Shown here piece after piece: positions 35,141 through 44,385 of a DNA stretch of 44,385 nucleotides. The notes beneath the pieces were generated by a model. That model had not been told where the DNA came from, made no database searches, and saw nothing but the letters and a program-made list of their open reading frames with translations. Source of the DNA: Nemertoderma westbladi (Eukaryota > Animalia > Xenacoelomorpha). Both the position numbers and the translations under genes were made by a program. The number at the start of each line of letters is the position of its first letter. The stretch's first letter is position 1. The stretch is from the NCBI GenBank assembly GCA_032718475.1, contig JAUCBJ010001562.1, positions 1 to 44,385 on the forward strand, read 5' to 3'.

Positions 35141-36361
35141 TCTTCTAAGTTCTCAGAAGCGGCTGGCTTCTCTGGCGCTATCAATGGCTGGCTGACCTCT
35201 GCAGCAGCAGACTGAACATGTGAATCCACCTTATTGGTAGGTTCGGACCATGATTATGTCCGGAGTTCTCTGGATGGGGGGGATCCTCGAATAGGAGACA
35301 AACTCACGAACCTGTGCATTTACAGGCCACATATTACCATACATATCAAATTCCAGATCTTTACATTTCACAATAAACGACGATTAAAATAGTTTAATGT
35401 TTAATTTTTCATAATTTTTCCTAAGTATGTAAAATACAAAAAACAAAAACTTTACAATAAAGGAACATGATTTTACTATAGCAAAGCTAATGTAGCCTTA
35501 TCATATTCCTATAAGAGGAGGAAACTGGAAGAAGAAAACTGAAACCGAGTTTCATAGATTCATTAGAAACCCCGTCGGGACCCGCAGCTTTGTGATTCTT
35601 CTGTGAATGAACGGCGGAGGTAACTTCATCTGCGTCTATCGGGTGGTCCAGGAATGGTATTGGTTGTTCCGGTAGGACGGGGAGTTTGGTGTCGACGTCG
35701 CGAGTAAGTAGACTGCTGAAGTGGGATGACCAGTCCTCTGAGGCAACCTGTTGCGGTGCGGAGTGTTGGCGTTTTGCTTTCGTTATATTCCAGAAGACCG
35801 TGTGGTCGGCCTCGCATCGGTCAATGAGGTTCTGTTCTTTCTGAGCCTCGTATGAACTCTTCTTGGATCGAAGGAGCGATATATAGGTACGTTTCAGTTG
35901 GCAGTATTCCTCTCGGTTCGAGTCATTCGGATGCACACGAACGCGTTGATGACTGGCCTTTACAGTACGTTGGAGCTCGTAGCAGTCTTTTGTAAACCAC
36001 GGTTTAGACGTTTTCTTCTGGCGAGACGCTGCTGCGCCTCTCAACGCATCAGTAATGTAGTTGCAGGCACCGTCGATATCATGTTCTGCTAAATTGTTAA
36101 AGTCATTGATATTCATTGACAGTTTGTCTACGAGAACATCAGTGTCAATGTCATTGATTCGTTGAGCGCGTTCGTTCCGTGGGGGCGAGGCAGATAGTGT
36201 TGCGATACAGGTTGAAACCCGTTGATGTTTGCAGTTTATTGTGGTTAGAACTGACACATCTGTAATATCTATTAAACTGGGGTCAATAAACGTAAGGTCA
36301 ATGACACTGTGGCCATTCCAGCAAATATAGGTTGGTGTATCCGGGTCGGTTATACAGACTA

Positions 36362-38159
36362 CTACTACTAGGATCGGCATGCTGCATTGCAGCTGCATTT
36401 TTAAGAATGCTGTGCTGGCTTGTCAACAAAATTGCACCGCCACAACTCCCTATCACCCATGACATTTGCTAGATCATCCGCATCTTTAAGGCCAGTGTCC
36501 TTTAAGATGCGTCTCAAGAAAGTCATGGGCTGTCCACCATGCTTATTCACTCCATGAGGCTGCCAAAGTACAAGATTATGCACTGGCTGGTCCTCACGGC
36601 GAAAGCAATGTCCTGCAAAGCGGAGGCGGTTTTGTTCTAGTGTCAAGCTTGGGGGAACCAATGAGACACCTCCAATGTTATATAGTGTCTGGTTGGAGAT
36701 GTGTGCATTGTACTTGACACAATGAACCCGGCGTAGCATTCTTGTGAATGTGCCATCCAGAGATTTGGTGTCCTCAGCAGTTAGAGCCCAGCATGGACTC
36801 CCATAGAGGAGTACTGGAACTACTGCTGCTCTAAATAATCGGACCTTAAGTTTCCGATTAATTCTCGGTGACTTCCAAATCCTGGAAAGCCTATTCAAGG
36901 CTGCCCATGCCTTTCCCTTACGTATTCGAAGGTCCTCACCTGACTTCCGGATCCATGATCCCAGGTAACAGAAGTCGTCCACATGCTCAAGCATACCATC
37001 CTTTGAGCTTATGCTCATCCGATCAGAGACTTGCTGAGGACTTTCAAAGTTAACAGTCAGAATTTTGGTCTTTCTGGAGTTAATAAAAAGACCAACACTA
37101 GAAGCAGCATGTTCTAATGAGCTGAGGAGCCGTTGGGCTCCCTCTAATGATTCTGAGAGTACTCCTAAGTCATCAGCAAAGTCTAGATCAGTTAGGTACT
37201 TGGCAGGATTTCCTCGACTTCTGGAGCCAGTAGGTGGAGTTATCATCACCCCATCATCATTATGATGATCTAAGGACATGCGTAGAACATAGTCAACCAC
37301 AATAATGAACAAGAATGGTGCAAGTGTGTCTCCTTGGAGGACGCCCCATAACACTTCAAATGGTTCTGTGTCACCGTCAACAGTAGACACAAATGTTGTC
37401 GAACCATCGTATACTGATCTGATTGCTGCAATAATTTCATCAGGAATCCCATATAATGAAAGTATGCTGAACATACGTGAGCGAGAGACTGAATCAAAGG
37501 CCTTGAAGAAGTCAACAAAGATAACAGCCAGATGCCTGTCTTTCTTTTTTGATAATTCTTCAATTATCCTTCTAAGTGCCAAAATGGGCTCCATGGTCCC
37601 ACGACCTTTACGGAACCCATTCTGATTTCCACGGAGCAGTCTCTCAATGGGATCCCTGATGCGATTTAATAGAATCCTATTGTATAGCTTTGCAGCAATC
37701 GAGATCAATGAGATTCCCCGAAAAGAACCATAGAGTGTTAGGTTGCCCTTCTTGGGAACTGGCACCAACTTATTTGTTTTCATTTCTTGTGGGACTCTTG
37801 TTGTTCGGTACATGTCTACTATGATGGGATAGATGAGCTTTAAACACTCAGGTATTTTAAAGACCTCAGGGGGAACACCATCTACTCCACTGGCACGATT
37901 GGTCTTAATGCTCTTTGCAGCAGCCTGCACTTCTGCAAAGGAGATATCCCCAATGGGAATATCTGGGAGTACAGACTCAGACACTTTTACTTCTATAAAG
38001 TTATCAGGCAATACCCTGTCATTATTGAGGAGCTTTTCAAAGTGGGCTTTCCAACCATTGAGGCGATCGGCTGGTGATTCAGCCTTAACCTTGGTGGTTG
38101 GTTGGCTTTTCCGCCCAGTAAGCAGATTGATTGGACAGACTATAGGACTATTGGACAGA
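36362..38159 (-). mobile_element. RTE LINE, 5'-truncated, uninterrupted RT reading frame
   Basis: 12-bp TSD TTATACAGACTA (36350-36361, 38160-38171), (AGT)n tail, open frame through the whole RT. Confidence 0.95.
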
Positions 38160-38197
38160 TTATACAGACTAGACCCAGCCCGGCGAGTCCGTCGCAT
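36401..38197 (-). CDS. RTE-type reverse transcriptase (N-terminally truncated; the listed start codon lies in the host LINE)
   Basis: PKKGNL...FRGISL, QNGFRKGR, FVDFFKAFDSV, GVLQGDTLAPFLF, LDFADDL, YLGS, VLLYGSPCW, RLRFAGHC. No stops over ~585 codons. Confidence 0.85.
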   Translation of the reverse strand: MRRTRRAGSSLYNLSNSPIVCPINLLTGRKSQPTTKVKAESPADRLNGWKAHFEKLLNNDRVLPDNFIEVKVSESVLPDIPIGDISFAEVQAAAKSIKTNRASGVDGVPPEVFKIPECLKLIYPIIVDMYRTTRVPQEMKTNKLVPVPKKGNLTLYGSFRGISLISIAAKLYNRILLNRIRDPIERLLRGNQNGFRKGRGTMEPILALRRIIEELSKKKDRHLAVIFVDFFKAFDSVSRSRMFSILSLYGIPDEIIAAIRSVYDGSTTFVSTVDGDTEPFEVLWGVLQGDTLAPFLFIIVVDYVLRMSLDHHNDDGVMITPPTGSRSRGNPAKYLTDLDFADDLGVLSESLEGAQRLLSSLEHAASSVGLFINSRKTKILTVNFESPQQVSDRMSISSKDGMLEHVDDFCYLGSWIRKSGEDLRIRKGKAWAALNRLSRIWKSPRINRKLKVRLFRAAVVPVLLYGSPCWALTAEDTKSLDGTFTRMLRRVHCVKYNAHISNQTLYNIGGVSLVPPSLTLEQNRLRFAGHCFRREDQPVHNLVLWQPHGVNKHGGQPMTFLRRILKDTGLKDADDLANVMGDRELWRCNFVDKPAQHS

Positions 38198-39479
38198 AGC
38201 AGGTCACCACGAGAACTGCTGTCCCCGTCGATGCGGCAATTAAAATCCCCAGCGAGCAGGAGCGGCGCTGTAGAACGAACGCGAGTAGCCGTAATGATAG
38301 GGATGAGTTCTAGTAGGATATCGGTAACATCGGTTTTTGGCTTGTAGTACGCGGATATTATATTTAGACCAGGGATTGATATCGCAATTACGTTTTCGCT
38401 TTTATGATGGCATTTCGGAGTCCAGTTATTTCTCATATGAACCCCGATGGTTATACCACCGTACGGACGGCCGGTATCACCTTTTTCACTAGAAATGTTG
38501 AAACATTTGAAATCGGGGATATCAGGATCTTCCTGAAGAGTCTCGGTAAGAATGAGAATATCGGTATCAATAAATGTATTATCAGTCGTAGTGTCGATCG
38601 TACTTGTTATACCCTCAACATTCCATAGGAGTAAGGATATTCCGTTTGAGTTATTAGGCAACGGGGCCCTTGACATAAACTCCGAGTTAAATGGTAGCTC
38701 TTCGAAATAAGATAAGCATTGTGATGATATGAAGCGTTGACAGAGTTTTTCGTGCTTTATAAGGCTCGCCATGTATCGGTAAGGCTTTTTGCAACCTGTA
38801 CACAGGCGGGCTGTTGTTGCAGGTAAAAGTAGGTTTAGACTGGTATCGGTAGGGCCGGTGTCAGAGTTTGTTAGGGGAATTATTATTATTAATTATTTAT
38901 TTTGATTATGTATATTGCTTATTGTTTAGGAAAGTCATTATTTTTTTGTAATAAAAGCAATTCTGCTTAATTTGGTTATAAAAATATATGTAGTAGAAAT
39001 TTACAAACTTATCTACAAAAATAATAATTATTATTAATCTTTATTGACAAATAATAAATAATATGAACAACAACACAAACCCCGGATAAAGCAAGTGTAG
39101 GGATTTCAAGGCAGAAACCCTCCAGTTCTGGCGATTTCGTGACTTCCTCCAATCTAGAGTGACGCAGAGGGTAGATGGGGGCTGCCCTAAGGTGCACCGG
39201 ACTAAGCTGGGATACAATCACGGGAAGATGTGTCGTCGTTAAGAATCAGTGTTACGTCATGTTAAGAATCATGGCCGCCATATGGTGCCCCTCCATCACC
39301 GCCGGGTTGTCGGTGACATCTTTGAGTGATGCCCGCCTAGCATATCGGCCATGTATTACACCATATTTCTCCATCTAAAATGATAAAACATAAGTTTATT
39401 AGTTATGTTATTATATTAGTGTAAAAGGATGTCAGGAGAGAGTGGCTGAACTATACTGAATTATTTAATTAATTAGTAT

Positions 39480-40160
39480 GACCATAGCCAGCAATACTCG
39501 TACTGAATATATATTTATTTGTATTCATTTAAGTTATTATTAATTAATTTAATTAATTAGTAATTAATAATTACCATGCTAATGTTAATTAATCAATACT
39601 CGAGCTGCCCATTTATTTATTTGTACTTCCATCCTGTTTCACTCTAACATACTTAAGGCCTTTAGGATGCGCTTTCTCATTTTTCCATTTCTGGACAACT
39701 TATTACAATATCATTCATTAAAGTTGCATTAACAGCTCAACTACAATTCATTCATTTAATAATATCACCTGGCAGCAATACTCGAGCTGAATATTTATTT
39801 GTACTTCCCTCCTGTTTCACTCTAACATATTTGAGGCCGGTAGGTCCGCTTTTAGAGATAGGATATGCAACTAAAGACAGCCTGTTCAATAGAAGTAGAA
39901 TGAATAGATCTGCCAGAGTCTGGGGAGTTTGGCAGAGAACCTATTAATGCTACTGAATTCGGCCAGAGTCTGGGGAGTTTGGCAGAGAACCTAATAATGC
40001 TACTGAATTGAGTCCTGATAGGCCGAAACGTATGTATACTGTAGCGCTGGATCAACCCCTGGTGATGCGCTGTCTCATTTTTTCAATTTCTGAACAAATT
40101 ATTACAATATTATTTATTAAAGTTGCATTAACTTAACAGGTCAACAACAATTCATTGTTC
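39480..40160. repeat. Mosaic of local direct duplications
   Basis: CAATACTCG.CTG...ATTTATTTGTACTTCC.TCCTGTTTCACTCTAACATA occurs 2-3 times. ~50-bp tandem GCCAGAGTCTGGGGAGTTTGGCAGAGAACC (39912, 39962). 39665-39755 is repeated at 40063-40155. Confidence 0.75.
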
Positions 40161-40817
40161 ATTACACATAAATGTATTAAATTATTTTACAATTTAATTT
40201 TCCACTGGCCATTTAATGGCCAGGAGTATTTCCTGGCCATTAACATTTATGATTCGTAGCCTATAGTACTGTATCTACCTACGTACTCCTGGGCTATAAT
40301 ATTGACGTTATTGTAATATAGATGTACTGTATTAATAGTACGACCCTCTCATTCCAAAACCGACTATGTGCTTCAGGTTTTATTTTTGCTTCCAATTTTG
40401 AGAAAAAACCAAAAGACTTTCTGGGTCTGCCATTTATGTTGCATATAAACTACAATGTCAATTATAAGTCACATAGGTAAAATGTACCTTATTATTATTA
40501 AAGAAAAACTATTTATTATATATCAAGGATTGGATTATATAGTTAAGCGGCTCTTCTAGTTACTTAATAAATATTCGAGAACACTAAATTATTTTACCAT
40601 ACACATGAACAAAACCATAATATTACATCTACCATTGAGTAAGACAGCCAGCATCACGTGATTTAAAGGAGATTTAAAATTATATAAAAGAATATGACTT
40701 ACGTTCATTGAATGCATGGAGGTTTCAAGTTTTCTGTATCAATGACCCAGAATACTACCTGATCTGATAACAAGTAAGTTGATGTAAAGATGATAGAAAA
40801 AATAACAAGTAAGTTGA

Positions 40818-40987
40818 TGTAAAGATGATAGAAAAAATAAAGTATTGATGGTCTTTAGCTGGTTATATTATATTAGATAAAGATACAATAGTAAACGTTT
40901 TCGACCTACCTTACTATTGTATCTTTATCTAATATAATATAACCAGCTAAAGACCCTCAATACTTTATTTTTTCTATCATCTTTACA
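40818..40987. repeat. 77-bp-arm inverted repeat of Penelope-like pLTR sequence
   Basis: Arms 40818-40894 and 40911-40987 with one mismatch. The 16-bp loop carries the antisense 3' half of the 31560 hammerhead motif. Confidence 0.9.
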
Positions 40988-41558
40988 CTATGCTGCCGCT
41001 GGTGAATGCCTACCACTTCATCCGTTCGTTTAAGTAAGTTCATGGGCACTAAGTTTGAATGCCAAAACGATTCCACCAATTATCAATTATTTAATTTATA
41101 ATTTAAAATAGGAGTTAAAGACGAACAGCATCTTCATTTCCGGCGTACCTCACCCTTATGATGAGGAGATTGCCAGCACCCCTCTCTGCCTCTGCCAACC
41201 CCGTCACCACTGGCTTCTCCATCGTATCTTGGCGCTTCGCCTGGTTCGGGACACCAGTCCACCACTATTAGTGTTGAACCACTGAAGAGACTCATTGAGT
41301 CAGGTTATCGTCTGGGGTGCGGCCCTAGAAAAATTCTAAAAGTATCAGAAATACTATTGTCTTAATAATAAACAAATTGTACTCTAATTCTATTACACAC
41401 GTACATGCATGTTAACGTTGGAATGTAGTGTATGATATTTGATTGTGATTCAAAAGGGCCGAAATTCGTAGTTCATGTTAAATATATTTTTTGCTTATTA
41501 AAAAACGATGCGCCATCAGAGTTAAATTAAAAATCCCTATTGAGCATATAGGTTTAAA

Positions 41559-41800
41559 GGAGGGGTAGCTCAATTGGTTTAGCGCCTGGCTTGCAATCTA
41601 TTGGTTGTAGGTTCAGCCCCGCCAGGGTCCACTCAACCTTTCATCCACTGGGGTCGATAAAATAATTACCAGTTAGGGTACCAGTTAAATAACTGGGAGC
41701 AAATCTTGTAGCGCACACCCCTACCCTCAGGTAGCAGCTATTTAAAGAGAGACTTTGGGTCACCTCGACCCTCGGCTGAATGTTTGCTTTGCTTTTTTTT
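41559..41800 (+). mobile_element. tRNA-derived SINE
   Basis: GGGGTAGCTCAATTGG box A, anticodon-like CTTGCAA loop, GGTTCAGCCC box B-like, central CCTTTCATCCACTGGGGTCGATAAA, (TTTGC)n/T tail. Possible old TSD ATTGAG(C/A)ATAT. Confidence 0.8.
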
Positions 41801-42180
41801 ATTGAGAATATTTGGTGTTTGGGGCATTTTTAATAACCGTGTATATCATTTTGTTTATAAAAGAAAAGTAGCACTTTTCAGCGTTATGAGAAGAAAGTGT
41901 ATTTCGGTCAAGAGAGAGCACAGTGGAGGAGGTTTCCATAAATAAACAAATGTATTTTAATGATGAATAGTAGTCCCCTTATCATACAATGATGTACGTA
42001 ATTTAGTTATTCAACTTATCGGCGTTTCGAATTCTTTACTATTAGATGTAATATTTTATTGTTTAGGAATATTAATGGAATCCATATAATTTTTATCCAA
42101 TGAATTGCATTTTTTATTGTAACAGCTGTACATTTGCATTTTTTATTGTAACAACTGTACATAAGTATTACATAAGTATA

Positions 42181-42280
42181 CCGTATTTACTCGAATAAAA
42201 GCCCACCCTCGAATAAACACCCCCCTTTCCTTCAAATTAGCAACTTAAACGCCTACCCCAAATAAACGCCCCAGCGTTTA
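42181..42280 (+). mobile_element. Tc1/mariner-pogo-type MITE terminus
   Basis: TA|CCGTATTTACTCGAATAAA followed by repeated AATAAA.(A/G)CCC motifs. Partner end not found. Confidence 0.55.
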
Positions 42281-42289
42281 ATAATATTA

Positions 42290-42840
42290 CAATGTGGGGC
42301 GAGCCACAATTAGTGAGCGATGCGCCTCTAGCACACAATTATCATTAATATAGAGCCAAATGAAATGGGTGTCTGTCTCAACCCATCCGTCTGTCTGTCC
42401 ATCCATCTGTCAGTCCGTGTATCCGTCTGTTAGTCCATCCATCTATCAGTCCATCTGTCTGTCCGTCTGTTAGTCCATCCATCTATCAGTCCATCTGTCT
42501 GTCCGTCTGTCAGTCCATCTGTCTGTCCGTCTGTTAGTCCATCCATCTATCAGTCCATATGTCTGTCCGTCTGTCAGTCCATCTGTCTGTCCGTCTGTTA
42601 GTCCATCCATCTATCAAGTCCATCTGTCTGTCCGCCTGTCAGTACATCCGTCTGTATGTCCGTCTTTAATTAAAAATTCAATTGATAATAACTTTTGAAG
42701 CCTTTAACCAATTTCAACAATTAATATAAGCCTATGAAAGACCTACAAGGATGCACAAAATGAGAGGTGTAAAATTTTATTTTTATGCATTTAATTTCGG
42801 TTAATACTATCGCTACAGACCCAGTGGGCGATGTAGGTGA
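42290..42840. mobile_element. Helentron/HINE-like element with a (GTCY/ATCY)n microsatellite
   Basis: Degenerate tetranucleotide array at 42380-42665 followed by ATAACTTTTGAA...CCAATTTCAAC, a DINE/HINE-like layout. Boundaries approximate. Confidence 0.5.
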
Positions 42841-42979
42841 TTGATGCTGACTTGCATTAAAGTCTCCCAAGAATGTTAGGAATCCATGCTGATCCACTCC
42901 ACATCAGTAGCTGCTTATAGATTGTGATAGAAATTTAAAATTTTCCACCTCCTGGGGCAACACTAGATGGAGAATAGCA

Positions 42980-43117
42980 CACAATCAGAACCACCTTGAT
43001 TATAATTTGTACATCGCGCATCCGATAAGTATTCTGGGGTGGGGGGGGGGGGGGGGTGGCCCTTCCCCTGAAATAAATTAAGACGTAGCCCTTTCGAAAT
43101 TTCTAAATCCGCCACTG
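42980..43117 (-). mobile_element. hAT-type MITE terminus
   Basis: The minus strand begins CAGTGGCGGATTTAG, with a poly-G tract inside. Partner end and TSD not confirmed. Confidence 0.4.
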
Positions 43118-43490
43118 AGTTTGACTGATATAGGGATGGAGCCATTGGTTTTACCCTGTGTCCCATACCTCGCTACCTTCCAGTATTTATAGAAATGTCA
43201 GCTTAACATAGGATAACCTGTAGGCCTAACGACTGGTACACATGTATGTATATATAGACACTTATTGTACCTTAATGGTAACTGGCACACTACATTAGCA
43301 GTAACTACAGTAATTTTAAATTAATACTTAATTAAACTTGGGTGGATAGTCATGTATGGCATTACAGATGAGTTGATCTCTATTTCGCATGGAAGTTTTG
43401 TTAACCTACCAAATTTTTTGTTAACCTATGCCTCAGGTATCAACTGCAATTGGAACGTCGCTTGATTCGAGTCTGTCTAGTTCGCGACCT

Positions 43491-43730
43491 GGGGCGGTAT
43501 TCATAAATGTGACTAACTAGGAACTTAGTCCAAGTCACATCAAGTTAGTAAGTGCTTGTACTAATTCGGTATTCAGAGAAGTTGGTGCTACTTATTACTA
43601 ACGTATTTAGTACTAGTTGTTGCTAAACTCGCATTCATAGAATTTAGTCTTACTTAAGTTAGAATTAGCTGTAACTTAAATTTCTTGTCACATGAAGATG
43701 TGACTAAGTTGGTAAGAACGCTTACTTATT
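43491..43730 (+). mobile_element. PIF/Harbinger-like element terminus
   Basis: GGGGCGGTATTCATAAA start, repeated (G/C)ATTCA subterminal motifs and GTGACTAA/TTAGTC repeats. Confidence 0.45.
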
Positions 43731-44385
43731 CTATGTTGGCCTTCATACATACAGTATGGTTATTATGTTACTGACGACTCCGGCCACATTATACTCTATC
43801 TTGTTTTTCTAGCATTTTGTGTTCATTGCAAATGTGTTGTTGCAGAGAAACTGTCAAATGTAACGACATAAAGCTTTTTGTTTTTTAAACATATATCCGA
43901 CTTAAATTTCCAAATATCAGCGTACATTCTTGAATGGTGAGATTGCTGCCGAACGGTCCGCGTCGGTTGAAAAATGTGTTTCGCTAAAGAATTCTACCAT
44001 TCGCAAACTTTCGCAAGATGAAAAAGCGGCAGCGTTTCCACTTCATTATTTTCCTCTCTATTTCCGAATGTAAATAATGGTATTCGATAATGGTAGCTAA
44101 TTGATTTATCACCTTACTAAAAATAATAATTTTTCACTAAATTTTTTACAGGAAATAGCTAAAATAGTCAGTTTCCACTAAAATCGAATAATTAACATTA
44201 CATCTATTAATTATAAATTATTGCTAAAATGTGGGAAAGGGCAGGTTACAGTGCCACGTTATTCTAACCTAAATAATGAAGGGATTTTATTAGAACAGGC
44301 CGTAACAGATTTCTGTTTTATCTTTTAAGATTTCTTTTTGATGATTCAAAAATATATTTTAGTGATAATATATATATATATATAT

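Larger units (their letters stand above)
35520..38870 (-). mobile_element. Host LINE (RTE-X-like APE and linker), 3'-truncated, interrupted by an RTE insertion
   Basis: LLLWNVEG, ILTET, GRPYGG, LLAGDFN (38140-38772) joins in frame across the insertion as GLGLVCI|TDPDTPTY...SVIDLTF, then KPWF, FWN, KAAGPDG (35487-36360). Ends before the RT core. Confidence 0.85.

Noticed and set aside
36401-38197. Prokaryotic RT system (retron, DGR, group II intron)
   Set aside because: Motifs, (AGT)n tail, TSD and 5' truncation all fit an RTE non-LTR retrotransposon.
36868-38628. Plus-strand ORFs opposite the RT and APE
   Set aside because: Antisense shadows of the LINE coding frames.
41562-41630. tRNA-Ala-like gene
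   Set aside because: Stems and box B are degenerate, and it is followed by a SINE body shared with 29350-29583.

Overview
AT-rich, repeat-dense eukaryotic (probably invertebrate animal) genomic DNA; it is not prokaryotic, and I found no intact host gene, rRNA, true tRNA or CRISPR array. The only host-gene-like content is a tandem pair of two-exon paralogues (about 4345-9895 and 12057-13345). They encode a permuted papain-fold (LRAT/PLAAT-like: HW...NCxxW) domain plus a C-terminal hydrophobic tail, and both look disabled. The rest is nested transposable elements: a complete P/Galileo-type THAP transposon (840-4245; ~147-bp TIRs carrying perfect RFX X-boxes; 7-bp TSD confirmed by the paralogous empty site); a truncated piggyBac flanked by inverted TTAA-type foldback elements; a CR1/L2-group LINE 5' end with a 2A/StopGo-like peptide; RTE, RTE-X and CR1 LINEs, including a young RTE nested in another LINE with a 12-bp TSD; Mutator-like, pogo and hAT transposase remnants; Penelope fragments with hammerhead-like motifs; tRNA-derived SINEs; MITEs; and minisatellites. 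TA-flanked short motifs (TAGGCCTA, TACAGTA/TACTGTA) are over-represented and may be excision footprints. All calls come from motif recognition by eye with no database search. I cannot demonstrate a wholly new system; the best candidates are the LRAT-like gene family, the X-box-bearing P element and the footprint signature.
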